Source: Dehalococcoidia bacterium (lineage in GTDB: Bacteria; Chloroflexota; Dehalococcoidia; GIF9; UBA5629). From it: a stretch of DNA of 57,934 nucleotides. Position 1 is the stretch's first letter; each line of letters starts with the position of its first letter. The stretch is taken from NCBI GenBank assembly GCA_028716085.1, contig JAQUQM010000002.1, positions 1 through 57,934 of the forward strand, written 5' to 3'. Of this stretch, positions 47,594 to 56,279 are shown one piece after another. A program made the translations under genes and the position numbers. The notes under the pieces are model-generated. The model made no database searches. It was not told the origin of the DNA and worked only from the letters and a program-made list of their open reading frames with translations.

Positions 47594-47637
47594 AACAAGG
47601 CATTAACTTCAAAAATATTTTATTAACACGTTGCACC

Positions 47638-47668
47638 CAAACGCAGGATACTATAGCGTTTGTTTCGC
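47638..47668 (+). terminator. Weak candidate terminator after the giant gene
   Basis: caaacgc-(11 nt loop)-gcgtttg followed by tttcg; only a 7 bp stem and a short T-run. Confidence 0.3.
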
Positions 47669-47886
47669 TGTCGTACCGGCCAGTGCATTGTATATTATTT
47701 CATTCAAACTAATTATGTAATTCGAATGTGAATGTGTATCTGTAATTACCGGATCGGCCGCTCTGGTTCGATTGGTGAATTTATGCGGATGGGGTAGTGG
47801 TAATAGATCCACAGTAGCAGTTACCTGCCGGGATATTGAGGCATATAGCTTTCCATGAGATTGATTTATAGAGTAAAATATATAAA

Positions 47887-48804
47887 ATGTATAAAAGCGA
47901 TATCTCCAAGGTAAACCGCACTACAGAATCGCCCGAATTCCCGGATGTTATTCTCTTAGACAACACCAACGCGTGCAATCTGCGCTGCACCATGTGCGAT
48001 CATAAAAACATAAAAAAATACCGAAAAATACAAAAAATGGACTGGGACCTCTATAAGAAGATTATTGATGAAATAGCTATAGAAAAGCCGCAAGCCCGAA
48101 TCTGGCAGATTTTTTATGGAGACCCTTTTTTATGCTTGGACATGCCGGAACGTATCAAATATGCTAAAGGCAGAGGCTTAAAAGATGTTGTGTTAAATAC
48201 AAACGGCGTTCTTATGACCAAAGAAAAATCAAGGGCGGTCATAGAAGCCGGGCTTGATGTGATGTATGTTGGTATCGACGCGGCCGATAAGATGACATAT
48301 GAACAGATACGGGTAGGTGGTGATTTTACAGCAGCGAAAGCAAATACGCTGATGTATCGTGACCTGTTAAGAAAGATCGGCAGGCCGGAACAAAACCTGT
48401 TTGTGCAGTTTGTAGTCAGTGATCTCAATATCAATGAGGTTGACCGGTTTAAAAAATACTGGGTGAGTGAGGGGGTGAATGTTAAAATAAGGCCGAAAGT
48501 CAGCTGGGCCGGCCTGGTTGACGCGTCGAATCTTCGCCCGAACTCAGAAGTTGAGCGTAAGCCGTGTTACTGGATAGTAAGAACTGTAAATATCTGTGCA
48601 GACGGATCGGTTGCTTTCTGTACGGCCGACGTACATTGCCGGGTAAAATGTGGGGACGCCAATACGATGACGATCAGGGAAATCTGGAGAGGTGACCTGG
48701 AAAAATATCGCATAATGCATAGTGAAAACAGGTTTGACGAGCTGCCTCCCATGTGCCGTGATTGCTCCGATTGGCAGTCTTCGTATGCAGACTATTATCA
48801 ATGA
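47887..48804 (+). CDS. Radical SAM/SPASM(twitch)-domain protein
   Basis: CNLRCTMCDH (CxxxCxxC) near the N-terminus. C-terminal KPCYWIVRTVNICADGSVAFCTADVHC...EIWRG...PPMCRDCSDW auxiliary-cluster module. 305 aa. Confidence 0.85.
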   Translation: MYKSDISKVNRTTESPEFPDVILLDNTNACNLRCTMCDHKNIKKYRKIQKMDWDLYKKIIDEIAIEKPQARIWQIFYGDPFLCLDMPERIKYAKGRGLKDVVLNTNGVLMTKEKSRAVIEAGLDVMYVGIDAADKMTYEQIRVGGDFTAAKANTLMYRDLLRKIGRPEQNLFVQFVVSDLNINEVDRFKKYWVSEGVNVKIRPKVSWAGLVDASNLRPNSEVERKPCYWIVRTVNICADGSVAFCTADVHCRVKCGDANTMTIREIWRGDLEKYRIMHSENRFDELPPMCRDCSDWQSSYADYYQ

Positions 48805-49400
48805 GCGAAGAAAAAGGAAGCCTGCCCTATCTAATTTCCAGCGATCTCTCACGTTTTGCGCAAACTTATGCATTGCGCGGGCAAAAATACTCCAGAGTCA
48901 AGATATTTTTCGAGAGCTTTATTTTCAAGGCAGGTTTTCAAGCTGTATTTTTATACCGCCTAAGCCACTGGTTTTTTAAGAGGCACTGTATATATCTGGC
49001 CTGGTTTTTTTCGAGGTTGAACCAATCAGTAACAGGAGCAGAAATAGAATTCAATGCAGAGATTGGCCCGGCCCTGTTTATCGCGCACCCTTCAGGAATA
49101 GTTGTCGGCAGAGGAACTGTCATGGGTTCCAATATTACAATTTTTCAGGGAGTGACGTTTGCAACCAGAAGCTGGCACCCTGATGACATAAATAGATTTC
49201 CGGTTGTTGGGGACGGCTGTTACTTTTTTGCACACTGCACTGTGATAGGCAATGTGAAGATAGGGAACAACTGCGTGGTCGGGGCTCAGGCTCTGGTTAG
49301 CAAGGACATGCCAGATGGCTCTTTAGCTGTGGGAACCACTGCTGACATTATTCCTGGAAAGGGGAAGGAATTAGGTGGGTCCTGGGTAGAAAACTTGTAG
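48801..49400 (+). CDS. Hexapeptide-repeat O-acetyltransferase (serine acetyltransferase/WcaB-like)
   Basis: Left-handed beta-helix repeats IAHPSGIVVGRGTVMGSNITIFQGVTFA...VVGDGCYFFAHCTVIGNVKIGNNCVVGAQALV. The ATG at 48801 overlaps the upstream stop (ATGA), suggesting translational coupling. The tracked ORF begins at 48762. Confidence 0.8.
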   Translation: MSEEKGSLPYLISSDLSRFAQTYALRGQKYSRVKIFFESFIFKAGFQAVFLYRLSHWFFKRHCIYLAWFFSRLNQSVTGAEIEFNAEIGPALFIAHPSGIVVGRGTVMGSNITIFQGVTFATRSWHPDDINRFPVVGDGCYFFAHCTVIGNVKIGNNCVVGAQALVSKDMPDGSLAVGTTADIIPGKGKELGGSWVENL

Positions 49401-49492
49401 ATTGATTTAATATATTCATTAAACATATAATAACGCAGTTCATTTCAGCTTTGATCAAATCCGGGTATTGACTCTAAGGTGGTCCGTATTAA

Positions 49493-50212
49493 GTGAAATA
49501 TAGCTTATCGTTAGTTGTAACTGCATATAATGAGGAAGAGCTATTAGAATCATTTATTCAAAAATCAATGGACGACCTGGGGAAAGTATCGGATGATTAT
49601 GAGATTGTTCTGGTAAATGACGGCAGTAAGGATAATACTATTGAAATAGCAAAAAAGCTTGTCGGGAGGTATCCCAATCTGGTAATTGTGGATCTGAAGG
49701 AAAATATCGGGACAGGGCCAAACTATACAGCGGGTTTAGCGGTTGCCTCAAAAGAGATATTTTTCTGGAATACCGTTGATGGAAAATTCGATACCCGGGA
49801 TCTGCCTTTGTTGCTTCCATACCTTGATGATTACGATGTTGTCAGCGGTTATCGATCAGATTTGAAAGGAAACACTTTTTATCAGAACATACTTACCGTA
49901 TGTAATCTCTATTTGATAAGGATGCTTTTTGGCCTCAAGCTCAAAGCCTATCAAACCATCCAGTTCCATCGCATGGAGTTTATTCGCCGTATTACTCTTG
50001 AAAATAACAGCTCGTTCGTGTGCCCCGAATTGCTTATCAAGGCAAACGCAGCAGGAAAAACCATCAAGGAAGTTGAAATAACGTTCCATGGGCGACGGGC
50101 GGGCAAAGCCACAGGCGGAAGGTTGTCTTTTGTTATGCGTTCCCTGATTGATGTGTTCAAGTTCTGGTTGTTGTGGAGGGTGCTTGGTCGTATGAAGGTG
50201 TACACGAAATAA
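49493..50212 (+). CDS. Glycosyltransferase family 2 (polyprenol-phosphate sugar synthase-like; DPM1/GtrB/ArnC class)
   Basis: 239 aa; LSLVVTAYNEEE and IVLVNDGSKDNT GT-A motifs; short single-domain size typical of polyprenyl-phosphate glycosyltransferases. GTG start. Confidence 0.82.
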   Translation: MKYSLSLVVTAYNEEELLESFIQKSMDDLGKVSDDYEIVLVNDGSKDNTIEIAKKLVGRYPNLVIVDLKENIGTGPNYTAGLAVASKEIFFWNTVDGKFDTRDLPLLLPYLDDYDVVSGYRSDLKGNTFYQNILTVCNLYLIRMLFGLKLKAYQTIQFHRMEFIRRITLENNSSFVCPELLIKANAAGKTIKEVEITFHGRRAGKATGGRLSFVMRSLIDVFKFWLLWRVLGRMKVYTK

Positions 50213-50253
50213 CAGAAAAATTGCCCCGGAGTGACTCGGATAATTGAGTCCGG

Positions 50254-51270
50254 ATGCAGGCATTGAGTAACAGGAATCCGTCCGATACAGAAGATAATCT
50301 CGCTACCAGTGAAGAAAATAAAAGATCACTGTCCTGGGGTTTTTTATTACGACTCACTGTTTCTGTAGTGATCCTGGCCTTTATTCTTACCAGGATTGAT
50401 TTCAAGCAATCAATTGAAATTATTTCACATATTAATTTATGGGGCTTTGTATTTGCATTTCTATTAAATTTACTATTCCACTTTTTATTCGTTCTAAGAT
50501 GGCAGGCAGTGCTGTCTTTGTGGGATATAAAGCCGGGATTGGTGCGCCTGTCTATCTGGCATCTTGTGGGAATGTTTTTCAGTTTGTTTCTGCCGACTTC
50601 GGTTGGCGGTGATATTGTCAAAGCCTATTATTTTTCTAAAGATACCAGCCAAACTTCGATATCGTTTCTATCGGTATTCTGGGATAAATATATCGGTTTT
50701 GTTGCATTTATATTTTATGCTGCGCTGACCGCTACTTATGAATTGTTGAAGATTAACGGCATAGAGGTTTATACATTATTGATTTGGGTACTAGTGGCTG
50801 CAATTGCTGTTTTAGCGATACCTGCATCAGGTTTAATTATGAAGCTTGTCGGACTACTGGGTAAGCGGCTTGTTAGGTTACAGAACATCCTGCTTCTTGT
50901 GCATAGTTCTTTTAAAATGATATTACGCAATTATCGAACTGCGTTGCTCGTTTTCACCTATGTTTTAATAGCACTGCTTCTAAATGTAGCGGTCAATTAT
51001 GTGCTGATATATTCTATGGGTCTTTCCACCGATTTAATACCTCTTCTGATACTGATTCCTGTGATAACAGCTATCAATATGCTGCCGATTTCGATTAGCG
51101 GATTGGGCGTCAGGGAAGCCGCATTTATTTTGCTTTTTGCGCAGGTAGGCTTCACCAATGATCAATCATTTGCATTATCAATACTCAATTTTATTCTGCT
51201 CGTACTAGCCAGCCTGCCTGGCGGCCTTATATATTTAATGGTTAAACCAAAGAAGGACGTATCGCAATAA
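50254..51270 (+). CDS. UPF0104 / lysylphosphatidylglycerol-synthase-TM-like membrane protein (flippase-like domain)
   Basis: 338 aa, about 8 TM segments, with the LPTSVGGDIVKAYY motif characteristic of the LPG_synthase_TM/UPF0104 family. Commonly found next to GT2 genes. Confidence 0.7.
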   Translation: MQALSNRNPSDTEDNLATSEENKRSLSWGFLLRLTVSVVILAFILTRIDFKQSIEIISHINLWGFVFAFLLNLLFHFLFVLRWQAVLSLWDIKPGLVRLSIWHLVGMFFSLFLPTSVGGDIVKAYYFSKDTSQTSISFLSVFWDKYIGFVAFIFYAALTATYELLKINGIEVYTLLIWVLVAAIAVLAIPASGLIMKLVGLLGKRLVRLQNILLLVHSSFKMILRNYRTALLVFTYVLIALLLNVAVNYVLIYSMGLSTDLIPLLILIPVITAINMLPISISGLGVREAAFILLFAQVGFTNDQSFALSILNFILLVLASLPGGLIYLMVKPKKDVSQ

Positions 51271-51408
51271 ATAGCGGTCGTTTGTTAACAAGCCTATTGT
51301 GCATAATCTTTCGTTATCAGTATCATGTGCTATAATTCATTCGGCAGTTTCCAGATGCGAGCACTCTGTAGCCAGCCACGATCAGTATTGATTTGAGGTG
51401 AAAGATAA

Positions 51409-52443
51409 GTGAACCGTTATCATGTGCCTGATTTAGATGATGTCAGACTGAAAAATGAAGGTGGAGAATTCCCCGCCATGGTAATTGTTCCGGTATCTTA
51501 TGTGTGCAATTCAAGGTGTCCCAACTGCGCATACACCAACTCTGATATCAGGGACAGCTATAATGATACACCGTTTATGCCGGATGAGCTTTTTAAAAGA
51601 ATCAGTGATGAATGCGGCAAATACAACGCCCTCATACGAGTCTCGGGTGGTGGCGAACCACTAATCAGCAAACATATTATTGACCAAATTGAATATGCCA
51701 AGGGAGTGGGAGCCAGAATCGGGCTTATTACAAATGGTTCACTCCTTACTCCCGAGAGGGTTGATAGACTTTTAAAGGTAAACACAGATGCAATTGAGAT
51801 TAGTGCTGATGCTGGGGACAAGGATACGTATGCAAAAGTCAGGCCCGGACTGAACTTCGATAAATTAGTCAGGAATGTTAAATACCTGGTGAATAAGAGA
51901 AATGAACTCAAAAGCACAAGCAGGATCATAGTCAGCATCATCAATCAGAAAGAGCTCCAGGGGAAACTTGAATCCGCCGTTGCGTACTGGAATAAAATCG
52001 TTGACCACGTACAGATTCGTAAATACCTTACATGGAGCATATGCGATCCATCGCAATCTGCGGATCCTACGCCCTACATTCCTGAATTGCCTGTCAGGGT
52101 TCCCTGCCCTTTCCCGTTTGAGCGTGTTATGATCGATGTAAGGGGCAAAATATCCTTTTGCGCCTATGATATCAGGTTCGAAACCGATTTTGGCAACGTG
52201 CATAAGATATCTATAAAGCAGGCCTGGCAGGGTGAGAAATTCAAGAAATGGCGGCAACTGCTGCTTGAAGGGAAATACGAGGAGATACCCGTTTGCAACA
52301 AATGCCCCGATTGGAAGTACAGGTCGTGGCATTACAATTACTGGAATATATTGAACAAAGCTGATAAAAAGAAGGAAGCGATATCAGACTCGCCTGGTGA
52401 GTTTGAGGATGAGGAATTTGATAATTTGCCACTCGACTTATGA
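51409..52443 (+). CDS. Radical SAM/SPASM(twitch)-domain protein
   Basis: GTG start with RBS gaggtg; CNSRCPNCAY (CxxxCxxC); SGGGEPL. C-terminal VPCPFPFERVMIDVRGKISFCAYD...QAWQG...IPVCNKCPDW module. 344 aa. Confidence 0.85.
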   Translation: MNRYHVPDLDDVRLKNEGGEFPAMVIVPVSYVCNSRCPNCAYTNSDIRDSYNDTPFMPDELFKRISDECGKYNALIRVSGGGEPLISKHIIDQIEYAKGVGARIGLITNGSLLTPERVDRLLKVNTDAIEISADAGDKDTYAKVRPGLNFDKLVRNVKYLVNKRNELKSTSRIIVSIINQKELQGKLESAVAYWNKIVDHVQIRKYLTWSICDPSQSADPTPYIPELPVRVPCPFPFERVMIDVRGKISFCAYDIRFETDFGNVHKISIKQAWQGEKFKKWRQLLLEGKYEEIPVCNKCPDWKYRSWHYNYWNILNKADKKKEAISDSPGEFEDEEFDNLPLDL

Positions 52444-52569
52444 GATGTCTCAAACCGTAACAAGTACGAGTCATTTGGAAATGGTGTCAAGTCCAGGTAA
52501 GCTGATTGGCATTGAATTCCTGCTCTGAATAATGCTGAATGGCATTACAGGATGTAATTCGATAGTAAT

Positions 52570-54438
52570 ATGTGCGGTATTTGCGGTATATTCGGAAGTC
52601 CGGAACTGGATACTCTGGCTGATATGGTCAGGGTGCTCGCGCACCGTGGGCCTGATGATGAACACATTGTAAACGGTAAGCATTTCTGCATAGGTGCCAG
52701 GCGCCTGAGCATAATCGATCTTGAAGGTGGCAGGCAACCACTGTCCAATGAGGATGGAACAATCTGGGTGGCGCAGAACGGCGAGATTTACAATTTCCCC
52801 CCGCTGATGGAAAGCCTCAGTTCCAAAGGACACACTTTCAGATCCAGGTCTGATACTGAGGTTGTTGCACATCTTTATGAGGAAAGGGGTGATGAGTTTG
52901 TCAACTTCTTGAACGGCATGTATGCCATAGCAGTCTGGGATGATAAAAAAAGAAAAGGCTTGCTGGTACGAGATAGGGTGGGTAAAAAACCGCTCTATTA
53001 CCTGGCAAAGGATGATAAGCTATATTTTGCATCAGAGATAAAGTCCCTTTTACAGGTTCCCGGTTTTACTAAAAGAATAAATTATGAAGCACTGTACTAT
53101 TATCTCAGCTATAAAAACACCCCATGCCCGCTTACGATATTTCAGGATATATTCATGCTGCCCCCCGCGACCGCGATGCATTTCTACCCGGGTAAAAGAC
53201 TCCGATTATACAAGTATTGGCAACCTAATTTTGCAGGCGCAAATGCTAAACTGGGTATATCCGAAGAAGAAACTGTTGATGAATTAATAAGTGTATTGAA
53301 AGGTGCTGTAAGCCGCAGGTTGATAAGTGATGTTCCCATAGGATTCTTTCTGAGCGGCGGATTGGATTCAGGGCTTACAACGGCATTAGCGGCAGAGATT
53401 GCAGGTAAGAAAATTAATACTTTCACGCTGACTTATGCCGGAGATGATACACTTCCGGGCAAGCAGCTGGACAGAGATAACGCGAGAAAAATCTCTCAAA
53501 TATATGGGACCGATCATCATGAAGAAATGGTTGATTTCCCAAATTTCCCCGATGAGTTTCCCAGGATAATAAGGTCATTCGACGAGCCTTTTTGCGGTGT
53601 CATATCCACTTATTTTCTATCGCGCTTGATCAGTAAGCATGTTAAGACCGCGATAACCGGTGATGGTTCGGACGAGCTGTTTGGCAGTTATCTTTCTCAC
53701 AGGCTTGCTTTCCCTGTTTACAATTATATTCAGTATCAGAATACAGGAGATGCAAAATATAAGGATTTCCAGTTTTTTCAGAATGATATGGGATACCTGG
53801 CCGGCATTGCCGAACCACAGGATTGGAAATGGCGATACAAGCTGTTGGTGTTCAGCGATGAAGAAAAGCGCACACTACTTGCGCCGGAAATGGTTGAAAG
53901 CACCAGTAATTACGATACCGGGCGGCATTTAGAAAAATATTTCCAAAATCTAACTGCGACGGATCCGTTGAACCGCATGCTTGAAGCGGAGTTCCACTTT
54001 CAGCTTCCTGATCAGGTTCTGGCTTTTTCCGACAGGCTTTCCATGGCACATTCACTGGAATTACGTACAGCTTATCTCGATAAGGAATTTGTAGAACTGG
54101 CTGCACGCATTCCCGGCAGGTTAAAGATAAAAGACGGAGAGACCAAGTATATATTGAAGAAAGCTGCTTTACGATATCTGCCCCGCGAAATCATTTACAG
54201 AAAAAAGGAAGGATTTGTAATGCCTGTAACTGAGTGGCTTTACCATAATTTAAAGGGATACGTGCAGGCTATCTTGAGTCAGCAATCGCTATCATGTCAC
54301 AATCTGTTCAATTATACTTATGTTCAGGGGTTGATTGATAAATTCTATTCGCAAGACTATGATTACAGACTGGGCAACAAATTATTGTCTCTCATAGCGT
54401 TCCAGGTATGGCATGATTTGTATTTGAAAAATGGTTGA
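52570..54438 (+). CDS. asnB: Asparagine synthase (glutamine-hydrolysing)-family amidotransferase
   Basis: N-terminal MCGICGIFG (Ntn Cys2 glutaminase) and PP-loop FFLSGGLDSG; 622 aa. In this context it is probably a sugar-carboxylate amidotransferase rather than housekeeping AsnB. Confidence 0.88.
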   Translation: MCGICGIFGSPELDTLADMVRVLAHRGPDDEHIVNGKHFCIGARRLSIIDLEGGRQPLSNEDGTIWVAQNGEIYNFPPLMESLSSKGHTFRSRSDTEVVAHLYEERGDEFVNFLNGMYAIAVWDDKKRKGLLVRDRVGKKPLYYLAKDDKLYFASEIKSLLQVPGFTKRINYEALYYYLSYKNTPCPLTIFQDIFMLPPATAMHFYPGKRLRLYKYWQPNFAGANAKLGISEEETVDELISVLKGAVSRRLISDVPIGFFLSGGLDSGLTTALAAEIAGKKINTFTLTYAGDDTLPGKQLDRDNARKISQIYGTDHHEEMVDFPNFPDEFPRIIRSFDEPFCGVISTYFLSRLISKHVKTAITGDGSDELFGSYLSHRLAFPVYNYIQYQNTGDAKYKDFQFFQNDMGYLAGIAEPQDWKWRYKLLVFSDEEKRTLLAPEMVESTSNYDTGRHLEKYFQNLTATDPLNRMLEAEFHFQLPDQVLAFSDRLSMAHSLELRTAYLDKEFVELAARIPGRLKIKDGETKYILKKAALRYLPREIIYRKKEGFVMPVTEWLYHNLKGYVQAILSQQSLSCHNLFNYTYVQGLIDKFYSQDYDYRLGNKLLSLIAFQVWHDLYLKNG

Positions 54439-55126
54439 TAAGAAGCAAGTCGTAGTATTACAACCCGGGTACCTGCCCTGGTTGGGCTTTTTCGATCAAA
54501 TGTATAAAAGCGACATCTTTGTGATTTACGATGATGTTCAATTTGATAAGCACGGCTGGCGTAATCGTAATCGTATTAAAACGGCGCAGGGAATTCAGTG
54601 GCTGACAGTTCCCGTGCTCACTAAAGGCCGTGATAAACCACTTATTAATGAGGTGCTAATAAATAATAACTCAGACTGGCGAAAAGCCCATTTTAGTTCT
54701 ATTAAGCAGAACTATTCCAGGACTCCTTTTTTTTCTACCTATATCAATGTTTTTGAGGAGATATATTCACAGGAGTGGGAGTACCTTATTGATTTGGATG
54801 TCACGTTTATACGGGTTTTGATGGACAAACTCAATTTAAACCGTGAGATATTATTCTCTTCGAAACTCGAAGTGCCTGAACACAAAACACACCGCCTGAT
54901 AAATATATGTGTCAAACTGGGGGCTACAGACTATTTGACAGGAAAAGCAGCAGAAGATTATATTGATGAGTCTCTTTTTAATGAGAAAAATATTAGGCTG
55001 CAATATCACAACTACACCCATCCTAGTTACAGTCAAATGTACGGTGATTTTATCCCATTTTTATCAGTCGTTGATTTACTCTTTAATCATGGACCTCAAA
55101 GCCTGGAGATCCTAATTAATAAATAA
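54431..55126 (+). CDS. WbqC-family protein
   Basis: VVLQPGYLPWLGFFDQMYKSDIFVIYDDVQFDKHGWRNRNRIK matches the WbqC-like family N-terminal signature; 231 aa; overlaps the asnB stop by 8 nt. Confidence 0.75.
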   Translation: MVDKKQVVVLQPGYLPWLGFFDQMYKSDIFVIYDDVQFDKHGWRNRNRIKTAQGIQWLTVPVLTKGRDKPLINEVLINNNSDWRKAHFSSIKQNYSRTPFFSTYINVFEEIYSQEWEYLIDLDVTFIRVLMDKLNLNREILFSSKLEVPEHKTHRLINICVKLGATDYLTGKAAEDYIDESLFNEKNIRLQYHNYTHPSYSQMYGDFIPFLSVVDLLFNHGPQSLEILINK

Positions 55127-55145
55127 TAATTGTGAAGGGAGAATA

Positions 55146-56162
55146 ATGAAAACAATTCTTATCACCGGCGGCGCAGGATTTATGGGCAGTAACTTCGTGC
55201 GATATCTGCTAAAAAAATACCCTGATTACAAACTAATCGTTCTTGATGCTTTAACTTATGCAGGATGCATGGAAAATGTACCACGGGTTCCCAATGTTAG
55301 GTTCTGGTTTGGAAATGTTCGCAACGCCGAGCTTGTCGATACGTTGATTTCGCAGTGCGATGTAGTTGTTCATTTTGCCGCCGAGACCCATGTAACCCGT
55401 TCTATTTATGATAACCTTTTGTTTTTTGAGACGGATGTACTGGGTACACAGTGTATAGCCAACGCTGTACTGAAGAATAACAGCAATATTGAACGATTTA
55501 TCCATATTTCTACATCGGAAGTGTATGGCGCTGCCAGGTTTGATGTTATGGATGAGGAGCACCCGTTGATGCCGGCAAGCCCCTATGCCAGCGCCAAGGC
55601 CGGCGCAGATAGACTGGTCTACTCGTATTGGCATACGTATGGAATACCGGCGGTTATTATCCGGCCTTTTAATAACTACGGGCCATACCAGCACCTGGAG
55701 AAGGCAGTTCCGCGTTTCATTACTTCATGTATTCTCAACGAGCCGATTAACATTCACGGCGATGGGAAAATGAGCCGTGACTGGTTATTCGTGGAAGATT
55801 TGTGTAATGCCCTTGATCTTGCTTTGCAGGGTGACATCAACGAGCTCAAGGGGGAAGTCATCAATGTCGGCACCGGCAAGAGTATTGAGATCGGAACTCT
55901 GGCAGAGATGATTGTTGACCTGATGGGAAGCTCGCGCTCATTGCTAAGGTATGTAGGAGATCGTCCCGGGCAGGTAATGCGTCACAGATCATCAACGGAA
56001 AAAGCTCAGAAACTGCTGGAATGGCATTATTCCGTTCCTATCGAGGAAGGCTTAAAGAGAAGTATAGACTGGTATAAAAAAAATCATAGTTGGTGGGAGA
56101 AACAATTATGGATGAGGTCGGTACCCATAATAACCAAGGATGGAAAAATTGAAGAGCATTAA
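55146..56162 (+). CDS. rfbB: dTDP-glucose 4,6-dehydratase-like NDP-sugar dehydratase (extended SDR)
   Basis: ITGGAGFMGSNFVRYLL, LDALTYAG, STSEVYG, SPYASAKAGADRL (YxxxK) and FNNYGPYQHLEKAVP; 338 aa. Confidence 0.8.
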   Translation: MKTILITGGAGFMGSNFVRYLLKKYPDYKLIVLDALTYAGCMENVPRVPNVRFWFGNVRNAELVDTLISQCDVVVHFAAETHVTRSIYDNLLFFETDVLGTQCIANAVLKNNSNIERFIHISTSEVYGAARFDVMDEEHPLMPASPYASAKAGADRLVYSYWHTYGIPAVIIRPFNNYGPYQHLEKAVPRFITSCILNEPINIHGDGKMSRDWLFVEDLCNALDLALQGDINELKGEVINVGTGKSIEIGTLAEMIVDLMGSSRSLLRYVGDRPGQVMRHRSSTEKAQKLLEWHYSVPIEEGLKRSIDWYKKNHSWWEKQLWMRSVPIITKDGKIEEH

Positions 56163-56279
56163 CTGCTCTCTAAGTCATGCGGATATTTTATGACCATTGA
56201 AAAAATAACCAAATTTAGAATTCAAAAGGTATCGGCAGATCTATGTGATACATATTATTATTTCATGCAGACTGCGGTA

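Noticed and set aside
51325-51396. 23-codon ORF (MCYNSFGSFQMRALCSQPRSVLI) just upstream of the third radical SAM gene, considered as a possible RiPP precursor peptide.
   Set aside because: It has no Shine-Dalgarno sequence and no leader/core organisation, and it overlaps a tataat-like promoter element. Nothing comparable exists beside the other two radical SAM genes. It stays a very weak possibility that only conservation analysis could revive.
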